This document shows, in pieces, positions 30,537 to 39,006 of a DNA stretch of 64,000 bases. Source of the stretch: Spirochaetia bacterium (GTDB lineage: Bacteria; Spirochaetota; Spirochaetia; SP-2023); contig CBDDCK010000005.1 in assembly GCA_965225855.1 (NCBI GenBank), positions 352,001 to 416,000 on the forward strand. Reading direction: 5' to 3'. Numbering within the stretch: position 1 is the first letter of the stretch; every line of letters starts with the position of its first letter. The position numbers and the translations under genes were made by a program. The notes under the pieces were generated by a model that worked only from the letters and a program-made list of their open reading frames with translations, made no database searches and was not told the origin of the DNA.

Positions 30537-30617
30537 TGGGGAGAGAGGGATTCGAACCCACGAAGCTCACGCAACAGATTTACAGTCTGCCCCCTTTGAC
30601 CGCTCGGGAACCTCCCC
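30537..30617 (-). tRNA. tRNA-Tyr (GTA)
   Basis: Reverse complement GGGGAGGTTCCCGAGCGGTCAAAGGGGGCAGACTGTAAATCTGTTGCGTGAGCTTCGTGGGTTCGAATCCCTCTCTCCCCA; long variable arm; CCA not encoded. Confidence 0.96.
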
Positions 30618-30633
30618 TAATAAACGCCTTTAT

Positions 30634-30707
30634 AGCCGTCTGTCAGATTCGAACTGACGACCCCGAGATTACAAATCACGTGCTCTAACCAGCTGAGCTA
30701 AGACGGC
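30634..30707 (-). tRNA. tRNA-Thr (TGT)
   Basis: Reverse complement GCCGTCTTAGCTCAGCTGGTTAGAGCACGTGATTTGTAATCTCGGGGTCGTCAGTTCGAATCTGACAGACGGCT. Confidence 0.95.
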
Positions 30708-30796
30708 ATATCTATAGCGTTCACTAAGAATGGGCGGCATTATAAATATTGGTTTGATCGTGTCAAGTCTATTTATAAAAATTTCCTGCTAAATAT

Positions 30797-31663
30797 CTAT
30801 TGAGTTTCGACGCGATAATTATTTCCTTGCAAAACCTGACTTTTCAGTTGCTCAGCACGCTTGCGGACTTCACTAGAAATTGCAGCGGAAGCAGCCCAGT
30901 CATAAAAACTCGCAGCCTCATTCAATTGACCCAAACCATAAGCAGCTTGGGCCCGTATGAATAATGCGCTTATATCTTTGTTTTTTGGACTTTGCCCGTA
31001 GTTATTGGCTATACGTTGGGCCTCTCGCAAAGTCTTAGCGCGTGGTCTTGGGCTTGCTTTTTTGCTAATATTGCGCTTAGCTATATAGCGGTCTAGTAAC
31101 TGTGCTGTCTCTGTATAATCCTGCTGTTCAAACAGTTTCAATACTGCTAAGCCATATAAAGAATCTGTATAGTCAGACTTAATTTCTAAAGAGCGTTGGT
31201 AATCCCATATAGCCTGTTGCAAATAGTTACTACGCTTTTCTCCTTCAATACTGTTCTTCATCAACCAAGCAGAACACAAGGCTCGGTAATAAAATAAAGT
31301 AGCATTATTTCCTTCGTAATCAATAGCTGCGTTAAAATAAAGCCGTGCTTCATGATACATGCCGTAATCCATAAAAATTAAAGCAATTGCTTGCCTGCGG
31401 TTCGCATAACGAGAACGCTGCAACAGCGGCTCCTGTATATCTTTGCTTAAAGAAAGCAATTCTTTATTTAAATCTTTTAAACGCAATTCTTGGGCTTTAC
31501 TCAAACCTTTACTGCGAAGGGTGTCTAGTGGTATTTGCTCTTCAATACTTAGCAATTTTTCACTCAAGTTTATCCCATTTTTTGCTGAACAAGAAAATAC
31601 CAAAAGCATGAAAGTCAGCCACCGTTTACATCTATATATATTTTTTAAATACTTCCATGCCAT
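30797..31663 (-). CDS. TPR-containing putative lipoprotein
   Basis: LLVFS-C lipobox-like signal; TPR helices (LFYYRALC, SLYGLAVL, LFIRAQAAYGLG); downstream of xerD. Confidence 0.7.
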   Translation of the reverse strand: MAWKYLKNIYRCKRWLTFMLLVFSCSAKNGINLSEKLLSIEEQIPLDTLRSKGLSKAQELRLKDLNKELLSLSKDIQEPLLQRSRYANRRQAIALIFMDYGMYHEARLYFNAAIDYEGNNATLFYYRALCSAWLMKNSIEGEKRSNYLQQAIWDYQRSLEIKSDYTDSLYGLAVLKLFEQQDYTETAQLLDRYIAKRNISKKASPRPRAKTLREAQRIANNYGQSPKNKDISALFIRAQAAYGLGQLNEAASFYDWAASAAISSEVRKRAEQLKSQVLQGNNYRVETQ

Positions 31664-31686
31664 AATTTGTCCCTTTTATTTCTATA

Positions 31687-32622
31687 TTAATCGCCCAGTT
31701 TTTCATGCTCTTTGGCTAGATTTTCGGTTGTCAAATGGGTATAGATTTGAGTAGTAACCAAATTACTATGCCCGAGCATCTCTTGAACAGAACGCAAATC
31801 GGCACTACCCTGCAATAAATGGGTGGCAAATGAATGCCTTAGGGTATGCAGCTTACATTCCAGCCCAGCGAAACTCGCATATTCTTTAAAGCGTTTCCAC
31901 AAACCTTTACGGCTCAGAGTTTGCCCGTGCTGATTGACAAATAGCAAATTTGGTGTTTTAGGGCTCAACGCAGGTAATCCTTCTTGTAAATATTTTTTCA
32001 GCCAATAAATTGCCACTTCTCCAAGTGGAACCAATCGCTCTTTATTTCGTTTGCCAATTACTCGCAATAGCCCTTCTTTAAAATAAACGCTGCTATTTCG
32101 CAGGGCCAATAATTCAGAAACACGTAAGCCACAGCTATATATTAATTCTAAAATTGCGCGGTCTCGCAAGCGTGCTGCGGCTTGAAGTTGAGCCCGCTTC
32201 CCTTGGCCTGAACCTCTTTCAGGCCGCTGCTCAACTACTTCCAATAAAATTTCAACTTCTTCGATACTTAAAACTTCTGGTAAAAAGTGTTGGCAATGGG
32301 GCCGCTGGAACAATTTAAAAGGTTGATCTTCACGCAAGCCAGAAAATTGTAAGTAGCAAAACAATGAATTTAGGCAACTATTTACTTTCAGTAAGCTACG
32401 TGGACATAAGTTTGCTGCTCGTATTTGTAAATATTGTTCTAGCTGCTGATAACCTACAGAGCAAAGTTCTTGTTGTTCTAAAAATATGGATAAACTTCTT
32501 GCTTCAAAGTAATAAACTTCGATGCTTGCATTGCTCAAGCTTTTTTCAAGTGCCAAATAATTACAATAAAGCAATAAAATTTGGCGGTTTTTTGGAGACA
32601 ATCCTACGGTAGATTCAATCAC
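31687..32622 (-). CDS. xerD: XerD-family tyrosine recombinase
   Basis: RDRAILELIYSCGLRVSEL, GKRNKERLVP and HTLRHSFATHLLQGSADLRSVQEMLGH...TTQIYTH motifs. Confidence 0.9.
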   Translation of the reverse strand: MIESTVGLSPKNRQILLLYCNYLALEKSLSNASIEVYYFEARSLSIFLEQQELCSVGYQQLEQYLQIRAANLCPRSLLKVNSCLNSLFCYLQFSGLREDQPFKLFQRPHCQHFLPEVLSIEEVEILLEVVEQRPERGSGQGKRAQLQAAARLRDRAILELIYSCGLRVSELLALRNSSVYFKEGLLRVIGKRNKERLVPLGEVAIYWLKKYLQEGLPALSPKTPNLLFVNQHGQTLSRKGLWKRFKEYASFAGLECKLHTLRHSFATHLLQGSADLRSVQEMLGHSNLVTTQIYTHLTTENLAKEHEKLGD

Positions 32623-32680
32623 ATTTTATTGCCATTTTGGGCAAATTACTATATAAGCCTGCCTTTCATTTTTTACAGGA

Positions 32681-34369
32681 CTAGCGTTGTTTGAGTGATT
32701 TACGGCGCAGCAATGTAGGAATATAAAGGTCTTCACTTTGGCCTGGCGGCAACTGGGGTTCTGCTCGTTTCTGGCCAAAAGAATTTTGATTGGCGTGAGC
32801 ATTTTTTTTTGCATGATTACTGGGGTTTGCTTCGGAAAACAGTAATTGCAGCTCTGTGTTGCTGACTTGCTGCTCTTCTACAAAACGGTTATCTTCTTGC
32901 GTCATTTGGTAGACACGATCAGGAGCTTGCGCCAATTGAGTGCCTTTGCCCAAATCGAAATTGGGCTGCACTTCTGGTTGTAATGCTTGGCGCATTTGGG
33001 AGGCTTGGCCAGCTTCTCCATAATCATTTTCTCTTATCGGCATACGCTCGTGAGCATAGCTAGCATACGTTTCATCTATGTAAGCACCCCTATTGTGCTG
33101 TTGCCGAGCCATTGTCTGACTGGGATGACTGGGATTTACCGGCGAATGACCCGAATATCTTGAATGTGCTCGGGTCGGGTGCTGTGGTTGCATCGGAGTA
33201 GACAGAGGTTTTTGCAAAGGGCTTTCTAAAGGGCTCTGCATGGCCACTTGTAAATTTTTCGGCTCTTGTACTTTTTCTTGTGCTTTAAAATGGGGGCGAG
33301 GCGCGTATCCACGAGATTTATTTGCGGGAACATTGGTATGAAAATTTTGCGTTTTATACTTAATTTCCTTTTGTTCTTCTTCATGAAAACCGGTAGCAAT
33401 TACTGTAACTTTTATTTCATCTTTTTTCTGGCTATCTATGGCAATACCTGAAATAACATTAGCACTCATAGTATCTACATAATCATTGATCTTGTCCATA
33501 ATAACACTGTATTCATCTAAGCTAAATGATTCATCAGCAGTAATTTGCACTAACAACCCTGTTGCGCCTTGCATTGCGGCCCCGCTCAATAAAGGGTTTT
33601 CCAACGCTTGCCGAGTTGCTTGTTCGGCACGGTCTTCACCACTGCAAATACCGATACCCATCAAGGCTTTGCCACCGTTGCGCATTACAGTACAAACATC
33701 GTTAAAGTCTACATTTATATCACCGGGCTGGATAATTAAATCGGCAATCCCCTTTACTCCCATGCGTAGTACTTCATCGGCATTCATAAATGCTTCACGA
33801 ACGGAAGTCCCTGCATCGAGAACTTGCAGTAATAATTGGTTGGGTATGACAATTAGAGTATCCACTACTTTGCGTAGTTCTTCCAAACCTTGCAAAGCTA
33901 ATTGGTATTTGCGCTGACCTTCAAAATGAAATGGCGTAGTTACCACACCAACACAGAGCTTTCCCATTTCTTTAGCTGTTTGTGCGATAACGGGTGCACC
34001 ACCAGTACCGGTACCGCCACCCATACCCGCAGTAACAAAAACCATATTGGCACTATCTAATAAAGTACGGATTTTATCTAAATCTTCTTCGGCAGCTTCG
34101 CGTCCAATTTCGGGCTTGCCGCCGGCACCAAGCCCTCCGGTAACTTTTTCTCCCAATGGTAATGTCAAGGTTTTAGGAGACTGGAACCGTTCTAAGGCCT
34201 GTAAGTCTGTATTGGCCATGATGAATTCTACACCTTCTAGGCCATATTCAATCATTCGCTGAACGGCATTACTACCGCCCCCACCAACTCCAATCACTTG
34301 TATTACCGTGTGATGAGTAGCTGATTTTGGTTTTACTTCCTCTGGTTCTATTACTTCTAAATCCATCAT
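32681..34369 (-). CDS. ftsZ: Cell division protein FtsZ with a long Q/P-rich C-terminal linker
   Basis: [27 protein letters not shown] and C-terminal [10 protein letters not shown]; start re-assigned to ATG near 34369 after GGAGG. Confidence 0.97.
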   Translation of the reverse strand: MMDLEVIEPEEVKPKSATHHTVIQVIGVGGGGSNAVQRMIEYGLEGVEFIMANTDLQALERFQSPKTLTLPLGEKVTGGLGAGGKPEIGREAAEEDLDKIRTLLDSANMVFVTAGMGGGTGTGGAPVIAQTAKEMGKLCVGVVTTPFHFEGQRKYQLALQGLEELRKVVDTLIVIPNQLLLQVLDAGTSVREAFMNADEVLRMGVKGIADLIIQPGDINVDFNDVCTVMRNGGKALMGIGICSGEDRAEQATRQALENPLLSGAAMQGATGLLVQITADESFSLDEYSVIMDKINDYVDTMSANVISGIAIDSQKKDEIKVTVIATGFHEEEQKEIKYKTQNFHTNVPANKSRGYAPRPHFKAQEKVQEPKNLQVAMQSPLESPLQKPLSTPMQPQHPTRAHSRYSGHSPVNPSHPSQTMARQQHNRGAYIDETYASYAHERMPIRENDYGEAGQASQMRQALQPEVQPNFDLGKGTQLAQAPDRVYQMTQEDNRFVEEQQVSNTELQLLFSEANPSNHAKKNAHANQNSFGQKRAEPQLPPGQSEDLYIPTLLRRKSLKQR

Positions 34370-34980
34370 TCCTCCAAAAAATGAGACGCACCATAAACGC
34401 CTATAAAAATTCCTTATGGCAATGAAACTCGTTCTTAGTTCCCCATCGAGCAGCAATCAAATTAAGGTTGTATAGGATAAATAATTAGGCCAATCTTGTA
34501 AAGCTTAATAGAAAATATCATTAATAAATTTTAAAAATTACTATAAAAAGCCTAGCTTTCCTGCTGCAGCTTCCCTACTTCTTCTTGGGTTCAGCCGGTA
34601 ACCCACATGATTTGAGTGATACCAAACCAATAACTGCCCACTCCAAAACAACAAACCCAAAACACTGTATGGCCAAAGTTATTTGCTAAAAGCGCTTTCG
34701 GTATATACCCAGAAGAGCCCCGACTAAATAGGGAGAAGCCAATATAGCCAAAACTATTGATCATTGCATTGAAACAACCAAAGGCCAAACCAAGCCCCTT
34801 AAGCCTTTTGATTGGCATTGATTTTTAACCACCTTACAACACAAAACAACACTAAGACACAAAAAAACTTACAAAAAGCTTGTATAGGCCTTGACGCAAC
34901 ACCCCCCCTAGCAAAATGGGGATTTACACACTAGCCCGTATGGGTTGGTTAATCTTTATCCCTTGTTGGAGGTATTGCTT

Positions 34981-36741
34981 ATGTATAAGCACAAACTATT
35001 TTTATTGCCATTAGCATTGCTACTGGCCTTTATGGCCTTGGCCTGCGCACCACCCGATGACGATGCGCCGTCTTCTGGGCCGTCTAAGCCGACTATCAAT
35101 AACGCCATCTACAATGTTGGCACGGCTATCTTAACCGTACAAGGCACTAACTTAAGTCCTACAGAAGCCCAAATCCAAACCATCGTAGTAGATGGCATAG
35201 CTTTAGATTCCTATACTGCAGATGACCCAGCCACTGGGCCAGATAGTAACGGTCTTGCAAAAGGTAAGTACCGTATTAAAAGCGATGGCACAGCGCTTTG
35301 GCTTAGACTTACCGATCGACATAAAGCTACTCTGAATGGCAAGAAAGGTATGGATAGCAATGGTCTAAAAAAAGGGTTGCTTACTAGCTCTGGTGCTTGG
35401 GCGGGTTTAAATACAGCCAAAGACTTAACCGTTAGTAATGTACCCGGTAAGCAGTCGCCTAAGCAAGCCAAACAAGCTGAACAAGCCGAACAAGTCGAAC
35501 AAGCCAAACAAGCCGAACAAGTCGAACAAGCCAAACAAGCCAAACAAGCCAAACAAGCCAAACAAGCCAAACAAGCCAAACAAACCGAAGAAGTCGAAGA
35601 TAAGCAGTCTAAGACCGAAACTGAAGATCAGTCGCCTAAGCAAACCGAAGCTGCAATTACCGGTGCAAGCTACCATGTTGGCACGGCGCTGTTAACCTTG
35701 CAAGGTACTGACTTAGCTAGTGCGACCCAAGCCCAAATCCAAACTATCAGGGTAGGAAGCCGAACAAATGGTGTAGCCTTAAGTTCCTATACTGCAGATG
35801 GCACAGCCACTGGGCCAGATAGTCGTGGTCTGGCAAAAGGTAAGTACCGCCTGCATAGCGATGGCACAGCGCTTTGGCTGAAACTTACCGATCAACATAA
35901 AGCTACTCTGAATGGCAAGACAGGTATGGATAGCAATGGTCTAAAAGATGGGTTGCTTAGCGTTGGCTCTGGTGCTTGGGCGGGTTTAAATACAGCCAAA
36001 GACTTAACCGTTAGTGGAAACCCCATAATTACCCGTGCAACCTATGATGTTACTTTAGGCTTGTTAGAGCTTACAGGTACTAATTTACCAAAAGCAGTTG
36101 CAGGCTGGGAATTGAGAAAATTGACGCTTGTATCCGGTGATGGTAGTAAGAAATACACATTACCCCAGCACTCAACTGTAGGCGCAAACAAAGCCACAGG
36201 TAGAATAGCAACTGCAACAAAATTATCTATTATTTTAGAGGGTAGTGTAAAAGCCAAAGCCGATGCTATATTGGTTAACGATGGTGTTCGTGATGCTAAT
36301 GGTGCATACAACCTGGAAGCAGCAGCAGGATTTGCAGGTGGTAGGGCAGCAGACACAACCAACCCTATTACCGTTAGTGGGTATACCATCGCCACAGCAA
36401 CCTACAATGCTAATACAGGCGAGTTAATTATTTATGGTAGCGGTTTACCGACAACAATTGCAGAGTGGGACTTTAGCAAATTGACGATTGTATCCAGTGA
36501 TGGTACTAAGAAATACACATTACCCCAGCACTCAACTGTAGGCGCAAACAAAGCCACAGGTACTATAGCAGCTATAAAAGGCTTAAAGATTATTTTAAGC
36601 GGTAGTGTAAAACAGAAAGCCGAAGCTATAATGCAGGAGAGTTTTATTTCATCATACAAACTTGAAGCAGCAGCAGGATTTATACCTAGTAGTCCAGAAG
36701 AAGTTATTCTTACTATTTTTATTAGTAGGGATTCTAAGTAA
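34981..36741 (+). CDS. Modular surface lipoprotein, paralog 3 (A-linker-A-B-B)
   Basis: ATG 34981 after GGAGG; lipobox LAFMALA-C-APPDDD; same A and B modules. Confidence 0.88.
   Translation: MYKHKLFLLPLALLLAFMALACAPPDDDAPSSGPSKPTINNAIYNVGTAILTVQGTNLSPTEAQIQTIVVDGIALDSYTADDPATGPDSNGLAKGKYRIKSDGTALWLRLTDRHKATLNGKKGMDSNGLKKGLLTSSGAWAGLNTAKDLTVSNVPGKQSPKQAKQAEQAEQVEQAKQAEQVEQAKQAKQAKQAKQAKQAKQTEEVEDKQSKTETEDQSPKQTEAAITGASYHVGTALLTLQGTDLASATQAQIQTIRVGSRTNGVALSSYTADGTATGPDSRGLAKGKYRLHSDGTALWLKLTDQHKATLNGKTGMDSNGLKDGLLSVGSGAWAGLNTAKDLTVSGNPIITRATYDVTLGLLELTGTNLPKAVAGWELRKLTLVSGDGSKKYTLPQHSTVGANKATGRIATATKLSIILEGSVKAKADAILVNDGVRDANGAYNLEAAAGFAGGRAADTTNPITVSGYTIATATYNANTGELIIYGSGLPTTIAEWDFSKLTIVSSDGTKKYTLPQHSTVGANKATGTIAAIKGLKIILSGSVKQKAEAIMQESFISSYKLEAAAGFIPSSPEEVILTIFISRDSK
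35464..35589 (+). repeat. In-frame 9-bp coding tandem repeat (QAK/QAE/QVE, about 14 units)
   Basis: Six perfect CAAGCCAAA units at 35527-35580 plus degenerate units. Confidence 0.95.
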
Positions 36742-36857
36742 GTAAGGTTTGGTTGTTGCAACGCTTGCATTGGCAATTGCAACCTTGGTAAGTTTTTTAT
36801 CAAGGCTGCTTTTGCCAATTATAGCCTTGGTATAAAGTATTGTTCCGCATTGGTGCA

Positions 36858-36909
36858 ATACATCTTTCCGCCTTGGATCAAGGCCTTGATCCAAGGCGGA
36901 AAGATGTAT
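36858..36909. repeat. Perfect 52-bp palindrome
   Basis: ATACATCTTTCCGCCTTGGATCAAGG|CCTTGATCCAAGGCGGAAAGATGTAT; the two 26-bp halves are exact reverse complements. Confidence 0.97.
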
Positions 36910-37023
36910 CATAGCAAGGCACTAAAAAATTTATTAAGCCTACAAACTTTTTTTAGTAATAGCTTTGAACAAAAGCTTTGAACAAACCCCTTACAATAAT
37001 TATTACCAGAACGTTGCCATAAC

Positions 37024-37143
37024 CATTAAGAGAGTCTCTTAATGCCTAACAAGAGAATTTCTTAATAACTAACAACAGAGTTTCTTAATGCCCAACAACA
37101 GAGTTTCTTAATGCCCAACAACAGAATTTCTTAATGCCTAACA
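37024..37143. repeat. Second 23-bp tandem array (5 units), same family as 28619-29061
   Basis: Opens with CATTAAGAGA-G-TCTCTTAATG, followed by AGA(G/A)TTTCTTAATGCCCAACAAC-type units. Confidence 0.93.
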
Positions 37144-37150
37144 TGGGTAT

Positions 37151-37690
37151 TTATTCATTGGTTTTTTGCTGTTGCAATTGACTGTGCTTTAAGGGGCTAC
37201 CATCTAGTAATGTAACACGCTGCCCAATATCGACGTTGTGCCGCTCAAACCAACCTTGATTGAGCTCTAAAGCAAAGCGCATCGGCCAGCGCGAAGCTAT
37301 GGTAGTAGTGTCCAAAGGTTGCATATGGTAGATTTCACAGATTATGCCATCTTTATCTAAATAGGCTATGCTAAGGGGTATCAGCGTATTCTTCATATAA
37401 AAACGCAAGACTTTATCTTGTGGGAAGCTAAATAGCATGCCGTGCATTTCTGCCATAGATTGCCGGTGCATTAGGCCTTGGGCTTGTTGTTCGGGGCTAA
37501 GGGCTAGCTCGGCCTCTATGGTTTGCTTGCCCACTTTGAGCTCAATACTTACTAATGGCTCTTTTTTGCAGGCCCATAGAACCAACAGCAAACTAATGGC
37601 CCATAGGGCGTCTATTAGGGGCTTTATTGGCAGTGGCCTTTGGGCCAGTGTGCAGCTAGCAGAATAGCACAATAGATGGTTGTGATTCAT
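37151..37690 (-). CDS. DUF192-family protein (probable lipoprotein)
   Basis: QGLMHR..GMLF, FYMKNTLIPLSIAY and ALELNQGWF motifs; LWA-C lipobox-like. Confidence 0.9.
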   Translation of the reverse strand: MNHNHLLCYSASCTLAQRPLPIKPLIDALWAISLLLVLWACKKEPLVSIELKVGKQTIEAELALSPEQQAQGLMHRQSMAEMHGMLFSFPQDKVLRFYMKNTLIPLSIAYLDKDGIICEIYHMQPLDTTTIASRWPMRFALELNQGWFERHNVDIGQRVTLLDGSPLKHSQLQQQKTNE

Positions 37691-37714
37691 AGGGATTCAA
37701 TACCTCAACAGGAT

Positions 37715-38980
37715 TTAATTCTTCTCTTGATAGAAGCTATGCGAAGAGCTACCATTGGCTAAGAAGTAGCTTAGGGTTTTAAGGCGCGGTGTATTCTCGC
37801 AAATGATCTTGATGATGGAGAGGATGGGAACCGAGAGTAACATACCGGTAATGCCCCAGATATAGCTCCAAATGTATAGCGATAGCAATATAAATACGGT
37901 GCTCAAGCGCAAATGGTCGCCTAGTATCTTGGGCTCTAAATAGTTGCCGATGCAAAACTGGACTAATAGCAAATATATGACGGTTATCATTGATAGGTAA
38001 AGGTTATGGCTAAATTGCAATACAGAAAATAAGCCAACCAATAATGTATGAATAATAGAGCCAATACTCGGTATGAAATTCAGACCGAAAGCCAAAATGC
38101 CCCAAACTATGGGGAAGTCTACCCCGATAGCCCATAAACCTATGCCAATCAATAAGCCCGTGAGCAAGCTAATAAAAGACTTTAATAACAAGTAGTAGCT
38201 AATTTGCTCTACCGAACGTCGATAGATTCGCTGAATCGCTTCGCTTTGTTTAGAGCTAAACCTGCGCTCTATGGTATTGAAAAAAGCCTTCCCCTCCAAC
38301 AACATAAATAGTAGCACTAAAAACATGGTAAATGAGGCTGAAATTGAAGCTGAAATATTATTGTAAAGATTAGCTAAAATGCTCCTAGCATAAGTAATGC
38401 TTTGGCTCATCAAATCCCAGCCGGACAATTGAGAAATATCCATGCCTAAGCGTGCTGCCATTTGTACCATATTTTGTATGAAACTTTGTAGTTTCGCTTG
38501 GTAAATGGTTGGCATGATATTGAGTAATGAGCTAAAGCTAGCCATAGAAGACAATAGCAACAGCAAAAAAACTAAGGCATAAAATACTACTAACACAATA
38601 AGGCAGCTCAAGGTATAGGGCAAGTGCCACTTTTGGTATATCCTTTCTACTTGTGGGAATAATATAGTAAACAGTAAGAGGCCGATAAAAATAGGGATAC
38701 TAAAATACGATGTTAGTTTCAGTACCCCCAAGGATATAATGATTACGATAAAGCCTAGCAGGGAGTTGTTCCATCTTACTTGTTTTATCAATTGGCTTCG
38801 GTGGAGTTGTTGTTTTTGCATTTGCGCCTGTACTTCTTGTATTTGGCTTTCCTGTGTTGGCTCGGCTATTAGAATTGGCCGTTTTACTTCTTTTTGCATG
38901 GCCTTTTTCAAGTGTTTAATAAACCCCCATTTAGGCAGTTTATCCATTTTTATGGTGGAAAAATTAAAGAGTAATTTCAA
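37715..38980 (-). CDS. AI-2E family transporter
   Basis: Multi-TM protein; WGILAFGLNFIPSIGS, GNYLEPKILG and WGITGMLLSVP motifs. Confidence 0.9.
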   Translation of the reverse strand: MKLLFNFSTIKMDKLPKWGFIKHLKKAMQKEVKRPILIAEPTQESQIQEVQAQMQKQQLHRSQLIKQVRWNNSLLGFIVIIISLGVLKLTSYFSIPIFIGLLLFTILFPQVERIYQKWHLPYTLSCLIVLVVFYALVFLLLLLSSMASFSSLLNIMPTIYQAKLQSFIQNMVQMAARLGMDISQLSGWDLMSQSITYARSILANLYNNISASISASFTMFLVLLFMLLEGKAFFNTIERRFSSKQSEAIQRIYRRSVEQISYYLLLKSFISLLTGLLIGIGLWAIGVDFPIVWGILAFGLNFIPSIGSIIHTLLVGLFSVLQFSHNLYLSMITVIYLLLVQFCIGNYLEPKILGDHLRLSTVFILLSLYIWSYIWGITGMLLSVPILSIIKIICENTPRLKTLSYFLANGSSSHSFYQEKN

Positions 38981-39006
38981 AGCTCTATCCTGTTGTTTTG
39001 ATTGTA

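Noticed and set aside
30537..30707. tRNA genes as the integration site of an island
   Set aside because: I found no duplicated tRNA 3' end elsewhere in the window, and the flanking genes are housekeeping.
31687..32622. xerD as the integrase or invertase of the lipoprotein cassettes
   Set aside because: It looks like a housekeeping XerD in the ftsZ-xerD-TPR context. All paralogs are co-oriented and I saw no inverted crossover sites of a shufflon.
28605..37143. Integron attC sites (GCCCAAC/GCCTAAC resemble RYYYAAC)
   Set aside because: No matching GTTRRRY partner at attC spacing, no cassette ORF array and no integron integrase.
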